A program made the translations under genes and the position numbers. A DNA stretch of 47,739 nt, taken from the NCBI GenBank assembly GCA_024277795.1, contig JAJRUL010000033.1, forward strand, positions 1 through 47,739, read 5' to 3'. This document shows, in pieces, positions 9,691 to 18,283 of the stretch. Source of the DNA: Candidatus Zixiibacteriota bacterium. Its GTDB lineage: Bacteria; Zixibacteria; MSB-5A5; GN15; FEB-12. The first letter of the stretch is position 1. Each line of letters begins with the position of its first letter. Below the pieces are notes generated by a model. It was given only the letters and a program-made list of their open reading frames with translations. It made no database searches and had not been told where the DNA came from.

Positions 9691-10473
9691 TTATGAGTCT
9701 GATTCCTCTTCAAGCTCAAGGCAAATCTTCACCTCATGACCATACGCTGGTGGAAGATCAGGTATAATCCTAATAATCGAATTCTGACGAAGTGTTTGAA
9801 CTATCTCAAATTCTTCCAGTGTTGATGAATTCCATGTGTACTCGGTGCCATCAATATAAATGGTCAATATTCGAGCTGTCCTATCAGATTCGACAACAGC
9901 TTCGAACTCCAGATGATAGACCCCCTCCCTGTTAAGAAGTCGCCATTCGATCTCTTTTTCTTCTGGCGAAAGCCAAGCACAGTTTCTCATTTCATGCGGG
10001 GAATCATCATCGTCATCATCCCCAACCTCAACAGTATCGATAACTTCAACTGTATCAATAACAATAACTGTATCTATTGTTGTCACAGTATCTATGACTA
10101 TGATAGTATCAAGATTTGTAACTGTATCAACCACAACAACCGTATCATAATTCATCAATGTATCGATAATAATGACTGTGTCTGAATTAATAACTGTATC
10201 AATTACAAACAGAGTATCAAAATTAGTTACTGTATCGATTACAACAACAGTATCAGCAGTCGTAACAGTATCGACCACATAAACTGTATCGTAATTTGAG
10301 AGTGTATCTGTGATTATGAGGGTATCGATTAGTATGACTGTATCATATTGAATGATCGGATTGCTTGGGTTCAAATCTTCGTTTGTGTTATCCAATGGAC
10401 TAGAACAATTGACAAGAGTTTGAAAAGCCAAAATGCTGGAGGCTATGAGTAGAAGAAAAGCTAGCCGTTTCAT
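9691..10473 (-). CDS. Lipoprotein with 18 tandem x-D-T-[VLI]-x-x hexapeptides and a poly-Asp tract
   Basis: Signal peptide ending LVN-C. Its ATG overlaps the upstream stop (ATGA) behind a GGAGG RBS, and the repeats are read directly from the translation. Confidence 0.85.
   Translation of the reverse strand: MKRLAFLLLIASSILAFQTLVNCSSPLDNTNEDLNPSNPIIQYDTVILIDTLIITDTLSNYDTVYVVDTVTTADTVVVIDTVTNFDTLFVIDTVINSDTVIIIDTLMNYDTVVVVDTVTNLDTIIVIDTVTTIDTVIVIDTVEVIDTVEVGDDDDDDSPHEMRNCAWLSPEEKEIEWRLLNREGVYHLEFEAVVESDRTARILTIYIDGTEYTWNSSTLEEFEIVQTLRQNSIIRIIPDLPPAYGHEVKICLELEEESDS
10024..10347 (-). repeat. Coding tandem repeat, 18 x 18 nt (xDTxxx), with a secondary 36-nt period
   Basis: YDTVIL IDTLII TDTLSN YDTVYV ... 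IDTVEV IDTVEV; GTATC recurs about every 18 nt on the + strand. Confidence 0.95.
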
Positions 10474-11426
10474 TTTCCACCTCCAAAAATACGATTGCCG
10501 GTTATTGTTATCATGAATTGATCGTTATGTGTGTTGGCAAAAGACTGTCCTATAACTCGTTCTTTCGATGGGTTGTATGCTCCTGTTATTGTTAAATATT
10601 CAAATGGGGAGTAACGTAAGCCGAGAATAATTCCTTCCGACATTCTGACATACTCGAAATATTTCTGGGATACTTCTTCGGATCGAACCCATCCACCAAC
10701 AAACCCAAAATGCCTGTTGTTAAACGGGAAGACTGCGATGTTCAATCCTGCTAACCTACGACGAGTTTGTAGTTTGCTATTTTCGAACCTGTAGTCACTA
10801 TTCCAGAAAGAATATCCGATCATGGCATCAACAAAGACTATGCGTTTCCACGTCACAGCAGAACCAAAAAAAGGTATTCCTCCAAATGGGGATGAAGCTA
10901 AGCCTAGGGAGACCTGTAAACCAATATCCTCTGCAAGAACACTCTTTACTTCCCTGACCTCTGTATAATGCTTTTCTATCGGTGGTCTCTTTTCAACCGT
11001 GGTCACACGTTCTTCAACATCAGCCAGCACTCTCTCAACACGAACAGAAACATAACGATACTGACTCCCTCGAACACGGACATCTTCTGATCGTAATACT
11101 ATTTGGGCAGAATCAACACCAAATTCGGACATGAGCAGATTGCGCATCGCGTGTGCCCTGCCTAGAGCAAGAGACGGATTCTTGGCATCATTGCTATGAC
11201 GATACCGTTGGCCGTCAGCACCACCAGTAACAATTGCACGTGCTAACTCATACTTGCTTAACGTATCAGCAATATCTCTGAGTTGATTATAGTATGGTTT
11301 GAAAAATGATTTATCAATGCTCCCTCCAACTCCAATCGGGAAATCTGTGATAACAACTTCACTAGAGATCGCAGTGGAGGACAATATCAAAAGACAACAA
11401 ACCGCCAATAATACTTGTTTTGTCAT
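10470..11426 (-). CDS. Exported protein with an N-terminal degenerate OmpA-like domain and a C-terminal beta-barrel-like region
   Basis: FPIG...IVTGGADG...NPSLALGRAHAMRNLL...GV...YRYVSV resembles OmpA_C (F..G, I.GHTD, N..LS..RA, NRRV). It is followed by about 8 amphipathic strands. Confidence 0.6.
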   Translation of the reverse strand: MTKQVLLAVCCLLILSSTAISSEVVITDFPIGVGGSIDKSFFKPYYNQLRDIADTLSKYELARAIVTGGADGQRYRHSNDAKNPSLALGRAHAMRNLLMSEFGVDSAQIVLRSEDVRVRGSQYRYVSVRVERVLADVEERVTTVEKRPPIEKHYTEVREVKSVLAEDIGLQVSLGLASSPFGGIPFFGSAVTWKRIVFVDAMIGYSFWNSDYRFENSKLQTRRRLAGLNIAVFPFNNRHFGFVGGWVRSEEVSQKYFEYVRMSEGIILGLRYSPFEYLTITGAYNPSKERVIGQSFANTHNDQFMITITGNRIFGGGK

Positions 11427-11815
11427 AATACCCTCTGAGGCTTTAGGCTACCTGCCTCTCCATTGCTATTGTTTATGTAGGAGTATAACTTCATCTCTAT
11501 ATACTTCTCCGGTTAAACGTACTGTTCAGTATTCAAACAACATTAGGTCTATTGCATTGATAGCATGATTAATGGAAGACAACTTGTTTAGACCTTCTGC
11601 AAACTGTTGCATTTTCCATTCATCTTATCAGTTTAATCTATCAATACTATTCAATCAGACAGCGATAATTCCGCTGCCATCAAAGACTTTAATTTTTTCT
11701 CTAGAGTTATTGAGCAAATACCATACCTGAATGGTGAGGCAGATTGATTTAGGGGGCAGATAATAGATATTGACCGTCGTTTTAAGGAAGTCTTCTAACA
11801 ATAGTTTGTCAGCAT

Positions 11816-12742
11816 CTATTTGTTCTTCTTGATTTCAAAGTTAAAGACATCCGGTCGTGCATAGTGGCCGGCAACATCAAATAACCATTTTTGTGAAGGT
11901 ATTTCAGATAAGTTTATATCTACGTAAAATATCGACTGTTCAGCTTCAAACGGCCCGGCTATAACCTTTCCATCAGGACCTACAACGCAACTGTTCCCTT
12001 TATTGATCCATTCTCGTTCATCAGGATAGAATTGTTTGAATTCGTACGAGTCAGGGATATCACTCATTCTCACACACTGCGCGCAACCCACAACAAACAT
12101 CCCCCCCTCTCGGGCAATATGTCTCATTGCAATCTGCCATGATTCAGACGAATCCCAAGTCGGAGCAAAAAAGAGTTGCACACCGGATTGATACATTGCC
12201 TGACGCGCTAATGGCATATAACACTCCCAGCAGATTAAACCGCCAAGTTTCCCGAATGGGGAATCAAGTGATATCAGAGTGTTCCCATCTCCCTGTCCCC
12301 ACATGAGACGTTCACCGCCGGTTGGGATCAACTTTCGATGTTTACCTGCAATTGATCCATCACTGTTTATATAGAGGAGTGTGTTGTAAACTGTAGCATC
12401 GCTACTTTCCGAGTTTCGTTCATTGACCCCGATTGCGACAAATATCGACGAATCTTTGGCCGCTTTGCAGAGTAGATCAATAGACACGTCAGGGATCCGA
12501 ACAGCATGGGTTATGAACTCACGATATAAATCGTTGATCATATCTTTTTTAGACGGTGGTAATAGCCATACCCAATCCGGATATCCTGATATAAAAGCCT
12601 CTGGAAACAGAATGATCGATGCTCCGGATTTTGCCGCTTCTTTAATCAGGTCACAAGCTAACTCGACAGTCGCATTCTTGTTGAGAAAGATAGGAGAGGT
12701 CTGCACAATCGCTATCTTATATGATGTTTTTTCATTGATCAT
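11816..12742 (-). CDS. Nitrilase (carbon-nitrogen hydrolase family)
   Basis: Catalytic triad motifs FPEAF, HRKLIPT and LICWE, plus the C-terminal DVAGHYARPDVF. Confidence 0.92.
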   Translation of the reverse strand: MINEKTSYKIAIVQTSPIFLNKNATVELACDLIKEAAKSGASIILFPEAFISGYPDWVWLLPPSKKDMINDLYREFITHAVRIPDVSIDLLCKAAKDSSIFVAIGVNERNSESSDATVYNTLLYINSDGSIAGKHRKLIPTGGERLMWGQGDGNTLISLDSPFGKLGGLICWECYMPLARQAMYQSGVQLFFAPTWDSSESWQIAMRHIAREGGMFVVGCAQCVRMSDIPDSYEFKQFYPDEREWINKGNSCVVGPDGKVIAGPFEAEQSIFYVDINLSEIPSQKWLFDVAGHYARPDVFNFEIKKNK

Positions 12743-12906
12743 CGTATCACCTCTTTTCTTTTTTAACCAAAACCTACCGACTACACACTGATAAACAGAT
12801 ACACATCAGACGATTTATTATGGATATTATATATCTATATACGTTTTTTTCTCGCTTAGCTGATAACATAATTTGTTAATTTGTTGCAGGCAATCACTCT
12901 TTCCAC

Positions 12907-12935
12907 TTGCGATCGGCTTTGAGGTTGTTTAGTAT
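12907..12935 (+). promoter_or_regulatory. Putative sigma70 promoter for carAB
   Basis: TTGCGA-N17-TAGTAT. Confidence 0.4.
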
Positions 12936-13017
12936 GTATTGATACGGAGGACAGATATCTTTTTGCAGATAAATGCCCTGACTATGAACCTTAGTTCCAG
13001 CGAGCAAGGAAACACGA

Positions 13018-14148
13018 TTGCCGTCAAAAGCTCAAATCATCCTTGAAGATAATTCAATAATACATGGCATTAGTTTTGGAGATCCAAGTAGTTGCTCTGG
13101 AGAAGTAGTCTTCAGTACAGCGATGGTCGGCTATCCTGAGGCACTTACCGACCCTTCCTATAAGGGGCAGATTCTTGTCCTCACTTATCCTCTAATCGGC
13201 AACTACGGTGTCCCCAAAATGACAATGGATGAATATGGTCTGCCAAAAGGCTTCGAATCAGATCATATTCAAATTGCCGGACTCATAGTCTCTACGTATT
13301 CATCGACGTACAGCCATCATGATGCAACTCAATCGCTGGCCGACTGGTTACAATCGGAATCCATCCCTGCTGTCTCAGATGTTGACACTCGAGCCCTGAC
13401 AAAAAAATTGCGAAACTGTGGTAGTATGTTGGGCGAAATAGTAATAGCATCAGAACCAACAAAGCTGACCGACCCTAACGCATCAGACCTTGTATCGTTG
13501 GTATCAACCCAAGAGGTCGTTAGATTTGAAAGCCATGTAGATACTCAAGGTAAAGCAAAACCAACAGTTGTCCTTCTTGATTGTGGATGCAAAACCAATA
13601 TCATCCGTTCATTATTAATACGCGGTCTCAATGTGCTTAAAGTACCCTACAACTACTATTTCATGAATCTCGATTTTGACGGTCTCCTAATATCTAACGG
13701 ACCGGGTGATCCAAAGATGTATTCCACTACAATTCGCAATGTCGAACACTCATTAGCTGTCGGTAAACCAATTCTCGGAATCTGTCTCGGACACCAAATC
13801 CTCGCCTGTGCAACAGGTGCTGATACATACAAGCTCAAGTATGGTCACCGTTCTCATAATCAACCATGTCTTGAATTGACCCGTTCAGCCAATGGACAGC
13901 CACCTGAGTATGGAAGCTGTGTGATAACCTCGCAAAATCATGGTTACGCCGTGAAAGAAGAAACTCTGACATCAGACTGGGAAGTCTGGTATCGCAATGC
14001 GAATGACAACACGATTGAGGGTATCCGTCACCGAAGTAAACCATTCTCATCAGTACAATTTCATCCCGAAGCAACACCAGGACCGGTCGACACAGAAGGC
14101 ATCTTTGACCAATTTGTCCAACAGGTAAAATGTCGTGTCACAGCCTAA
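13018..14148 (+). CDS. carA: Carbamoyl-phosphate synthase small subunit
   Basis: GEVVFST..VGYPE.LTDPSY, SNGPGDP, GICLGHQ (catalytic Cys), SQNHGY and QFHPE motifs. Confidence 0.98.
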   Translation: MPSKAQIILEDNSIIHGISFGDPSSCSGEVVFSTAMVGYPEALTDPSYKGQILVLTYPLIGNYGVPKMTMDEYGLPKGFESDHIQIAGLIVSTYSSTYSHHDATQSLADWLQSESIPAVSDVDTRALTKKLRNCGSMLGEIVIASEPTKLTDPNASDLVSLVSTQEVVRFESHVDTQGKAKPTVVLLDCGCKTNIIRSLLIRGLNVLKVPYNYYFMNLDFDGLLISNGPGDPKMYSTTIRNVEHSLAVGKPILGICLGHQILACATGADTYKLKYGHRSHNQPCLELTRSANGQPPEYGSCVITSQNHGYAVKEETLTSDWEVWYRNANDNTIEGIRHRSKPFSSVQFHPEATPGPVDTEGIFDQFVQQVKCRVTA

Positions 14149-17100
14149 ATCGACATACACTATCCCCCCTCCGACCAATGTTCTTGTTTTAGGTAGTTCC
14201 GCACTGAAGATTGGTGAAGCAGGGGAATTCGACTACTCAGGCTCACAAGCAATTAAGGCTTTAAAAGAAGAACAGATCCGAACTGTATTGATTAACCCAA
14301 ATGTTGCAACTATCCAAACATCGGAAGATCTAGCCGATGAAGTGTACTTCACTCCCGTTACACCGAAGTTTGTTGAGAAAGTAATAGAAAAAGAACGACC
14401 CGATGGTATTATGCTTGGATTTGGCGGTCAAACTGCCCTCAACTGCGGTGTCGCTCTACACCAAAACGGGGTACTCAAGAAATATGGGGTCAGAATCTTA
14501 GGAGCACCGATCGAAGCTATTCTCGATTCGGAAGACCGTGAGCGATTCAAGCAAAGGCTCAATGAAATACAGGTACAAACTGCACGAAGCATCTCTACAT
14601 CTACAATTGATGATACACTAGTAGCTGTTGAACAGATTGGCTTTCCCTGTATGGTTCGCATTGCCTATGCCTTAGGCGGGCTCGGTTCAGGAATCTGTCG
14701 CAATCGAGATGAACTCACTGACCTAGCTTTACGTGCCTTTGCCCATACTGATCAAATCTTGATCGAAGAATACCTCGAAGGTTGGAAAGAGATCGAGTAT
14801 GAAGTGGTACGTGACTCAGTTGACAATTGCATCACTGTGTGCAATATGGAAAATCTTGATCCAATGGGAATCCATACTGGTGAAAGTATCGTTGTCGCCC
14901 CGAGCCAAACCCTGAACAATCAAGAATATCATAATCTACGAGAAATAGCTATTCGCGTCGTTCGACACTTCGGAATCATCGGAGAGTGCAATATTCAATA
15001 CGCTCTTTCACAGACTTCGTCAGACTATCGAGTGATCGAAATAAATGCAAGGCTCTCACGCAGTTCAGCTCTTGCATCAAAAGCAACAGGGTATCCTTTA
15101 GCTTTTGTAGCGACTAAACTCGCCCTCGGGAAAAAGCTGACTGACATTTCGAACTCAGTTACCAAAGTTACCACAGCCTGCTTTGAACCATCGCTTGACT
15201 ATATCGTTGTAAAAGCACCTCGCTGGGATCTGAAGAAGTTTCAAGGAGTCTCACAACAAATCGGATCGGCAATGAAATCTGTAGGGGAAGTGATGTCGAT
15301 CGGTCGCAATTTTGAAGAGGCTCTGCAAAAAGCTCTTCGAATGTTAGAAACGGGTGCTGATGGTGTTGTCCTCAATCATGAGATAACTTTTGACAATCTT
15401 AAGAAGTCATTGGCCGAACCGACCGATCAAAGAATCTACGCTATTGCTGAAGCATTAAGAACTGGTATGACAGTAGATGAAATTGTAGAGATTACAAAAA
15501 TCACTCCTTGGTTTATCGAAAGAATTGTCACAATAGTTGAGATAGCCTCAAAACTCACATCAGCAGGTACAGAAAACCTTACTGAAGAGCTGATGCTTCA
15601 GGCGAAGAAACATGGATTCTCCGACAAACAGATTGGTCGTGCTATCGGGTACGATGAATTTGAAGTGCGTGCTTTACGTAAGTTTTTTGGTCTGCGACCA
15701 TTTGTTAAACAGATCGATACGCTAGCGGCTGAATATCCTGCGGAAACAAACTATTTGTATTTAACCTACAACGCATCAGAAGATGATATCAACTTTGGTA
15801 TTGAAGGGTCAGTAATGATTCTGGGGCCGGGAGCTTATCGCATCGGAAGTTCAGTCGAATTCGACTGGTGTTGTGTTAATACTGCCCGTACTCTACGCTC
15901 ACTTGGATACAATACCCTGATGGTCAATCATAATCCTGAAACAGTGAGTACTGACTATGATGAATGTGACCGTTTGTATTTTGATGAGCTATCTTTTGAG
16001 ACAATTGCGGATATCTATGACCTTGAAGAACCAATGGGGATAGTGCTTTCTATGGGTGGGCAAGTACCGAACAGTTTGGCAATGGTCTGCTCCAAAGCAG
16101 GGATGAGAATACTCGGTACATCACCGAACAACATTGATAAAGCAGAAAATCGTCATACTTTCTCACAACTCCTCGAAGGCTTAGATATTCTTCAACCTGA
16201 TTGGCGAGAGTTGACATCTTTAGATGAGATGTTTACATTTGTCGAAAAGGTAGGCTATCCCGTTATTATCCGTCCTTCTTACGTTCTTTCAGGTGCTGCT
16301 ATGGCTGTTGCTGGAAGCGATATTGAATTGAGGACATTTCTTGAAAAAGCAGTAGAAATATCACCAGATCACCCCGTAGTGATCAGTAAGTTTATAGAGA
16401 ATGCTAAAGAGATCGATATTGATGCGGTCGCACGTGATGGAGAATTGGTTTGCTATGCCGTATCAGAACATGTCGAAAATGCAGGTGTACATTCTGGCGA
16501 TGCTACGTTAGTTCTCCCCCCGCAACGAACCTATCTCGAAACGATGCGTCAAATCTCAAAAGTTACAGCACAAATCGCAAAGGCACTCTCAATCAACGGG
16601 CCGTTTAATATACAGTTTCTCGCTATCAATAATCAGGTACTTGTTATCGAGTGCAATCTTCGTGCCTCGAGAAGTTTCCCTTTTGTATCCAAAGTTCTTA
16701 AACATAATTTTATTAGTGCCGCTACAAAAGTCATCATGGGACGGTCACTCACCGACAACGACTTTTCATATCTTGATCTTGACTACGTCGGTGTAAAAGC
16801 TCCACAGTTTTCTTTCAGCCGACTCGATGGTGCCGATCCAACTCTAGGGGTAGAAATGGCATCAACTGGTGAGGTCGCCTGTCTTGGTTGGGATTTTGAA
16901 GAGGCATTCTTAAAAGCATTAATTTCAGTCGGGTTCCGACTACCTATCAATAGTATCCTGCTTTCATCCGGTCCGATAGGTGCCAAAGCTGCCTTTAGTC
17001 AAGGGGCACACCTGCTTCAACAACATGGTGTGAAATTCTACGCTACAGAAGGATCGGCCGACTTTCTCCGCAAAGAGGGGATCGATGCAGAAACAGTTCT

Positions 17101-17353
17101 GTGGCCTCTAGACAAGCAATCACCTAACGCTCTTGATATTATTCATGACCGTAAGGTCGATTTGGTAATCAATATCCCGAAAGATTATCGTAAAGAAGAA
17201 CTAACCAATGACTACATGATCCGTCGTGCCGCCGTTGACTATAATATCCCGCTCATTACAAATCTCCAACTGGCACAACGACTAGCTGAGTCAATAAGCC
17301 GATATTCTATTGATGATCTCAAAGTTCAAAGTTGGAATAGTTACGGTTGTTAA
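14135..17353 (+). CDS. carB: Carbamoyl-phosphate synthase large subunit
   Basis: IGEAGEFDYSG, GIHTGES, EINARLSRSS, IGSSVEFDWC, HSGDATL, NLRASRS and a C-terminal MGS-like domain. Confidence 0.98.
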   Translation: MSQPKSTYTIPPPTNVLVLGSSALKIGEAGEFDYSGSQAIKALKEEQIRTVLINPNVATIQTSEDLADEVYFTPVTPKFVEKVIEKERPDGIMLGFGGQTALNCGVALHQNGVLKKYGVRILGAPIEAILDSEDRERFKQRLNEIQVQTARSISTSTIDDTLVAVEQIGFPCMVRIAYALGGLGSGICRNRDELTDLALRAFAHTDQILIEEYLEGWKEIEYEVVRDSVDNCITVCNMENLDPMGIHTGESIVVAPSQTLNNQEYHNLREIAIRVVRHFGIIGECNIQYALSQTSSDYRVIEINARLSRSSALASKATGYPLAFVATKLALGKKLTDISNSVTKVTTACFEPSLDYIVVKAPRWDLKKFQGVSQQIGSAMKSVGEVMSIGRNFEEALQKALRMLETGADGVVLNHEITFDNLKKSLAEPTDQRIYAIAEALRTGMTVDEIVEITKITPWFIERIVTIVEIASKLTSAGTENLTEELMLQAKKHGFSDKQIGRAIGYDEFEVRALRKFFGLRPFVKQIDTLAAEYPAETNYLYLTYNASEDDINFGIEGSVMILGPGAYRIGSSVEFDWCCVNTARTLRSLGYNTLMVNHNPETVSTDYDECDRLYFDELSFETIADIYDLEEPMGIVLSMGGQVPNSLAMVCSKAGMRILGTSPNNIDKAENRHTFSQLLEGLDILQPDWRELTSLDEMFTFVEKVGYPVIIRPSYVLSGAAMAVAGSDIELRTFLEKAVEISPDHPVVISKFIENAKEIDIDAVARDGELVCYAVSEHVENAGVHSGDATLVLPPQRTYLETMRQISKVTAQIAKALSINGPFNIQFLAINNQVLVIECNLRASRSFPFVSKVLKHNFISAATKVIMGRSLTDNDFSYLDLDYVGVKAPQFSFSRLDGADPTLGVEMASTGEVACLGWDFEEAFLKALISVGFRLPINSILLSSGPIGAKAAFSQGAHLLQQHGVKFYATEGSADFLRKEGIDAETVLWPLDKQSPNALDIIHDRKVDLVINIPKDYRKEELTNDYMIRRAAVDYNIPLITNLQLAQRLAESISRYSIDDLKVQSWNSYGC

Positions 17354-17578
17354 AATAGCCTGATACGTTTTCTTCTCTCTCAATGCTTCACTCAACGCAA
17401 CAACTTTATCAAACAGCTCCTAATCATCTCTATCCGGAAGTGGGGCAATGAAACTTCGCATACTTTCTTCCATTCCCGATTGTCCATTTCGTAACACAGA
17501 CGCATATCAGACAGTAGCTTCTCAACCAAATAAGCCTGTCGGAGAAAAAGAATAATCAGATTTGACTTATCTGACTTT

Positions 17579-17950
17579 TTATCTGCTTCGAATCATCTCA
17601 CATATAACACAGGAATCATCTATTTCAATTACTGTAGTATTCACATTCAACTGCTTGCCTAGTTGTTGAAACTGTTCCATACTAAACGTTGTCGCGTGAA
17701 AACCATCTTTGCAAACTATTGCACCATCTCCTGTCTTTTCATAGTCTATTCCGACGATATATGATCCGGCCCTAACAAATTCAGGTATCAACCTTCCATA
17801 TCCACACCCAAGCTCAAGTACTTTTTCATTTTGCTCAACACGACTTACAACATATTCTATTTCTGTACGCAAATATTGCTGAATACGAAGAGGTGCTAAA
17901 TCGTAACACCGCTTTAGACGTAGTCCTGAAAGTTTCTCGCTGTAAGACAT
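17579..17950 (-). pseudogene. Class I SAM-dependent methyltransferase with an apparent in-frame internal deletion
   Basis: Motif I VLELGCGYG and post-I VGID are followed directly by a C-terminal-looking segment (YEKTGDG..VCKDGF). Motifs II/III are missing and the protein is only 123 aa. Confidence 0.6.
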
Positions 17951-18027
17951 ATCCGACTCACCTGATTTTCAATATCTTTAATCGATTTAACATCACTAAT
18001 TTGTAGTGATTTATCCATACATTAATC

Positions 18028-18056
18028 TTGCAAATTTAACTAATGTTCAGTATATT
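18028..18056 (+). promoter_or_regulatory. Putative sigma70 promoter of the S1 protease/M14 operon
   Basis: TTGCAA-N17-TATATT, about 225 nt upstream of AGGAGG-N7-ATG. Confidence 0.45.
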
Positions 18057-18283
18057 ATGTTTTATACAGCAAGAATCTTCTTTCAAGGAATGTCCGTACT
18101 GTACACACTAAGGGTAAAGCAGGAAAACCGCCCTAACTGGCTAAGTAAGTTAAGTTTTTGTCTCATAATATAATACACCGTCCGTAATAGGACATTACAA
18201 GCTTCATACGATGTATGATGTTACATTTTTGAATTTGGTAATAAAACATCTCATATTAGGAATTCTTCGTAGGAGGAGATAAC

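Noticed and set aside
11816-17353. Functional coupling of the nitrilase to carAB (ammonia supply) or to the preQ0 nitrile
   Set aside because: Only divergent adjacency supports it. CarA has an intact glutaminase triad, and nothing in the sequence indicates the nitrilase substrate.
18060-18283. Riboswitch (e.g. c-di-GMP) in the S1 protease leader
   Set aside because: Only a 7-bp long-range complement (AATGTCC/GGACATT) and weak hairpins are present; no recognisable aptamer core.
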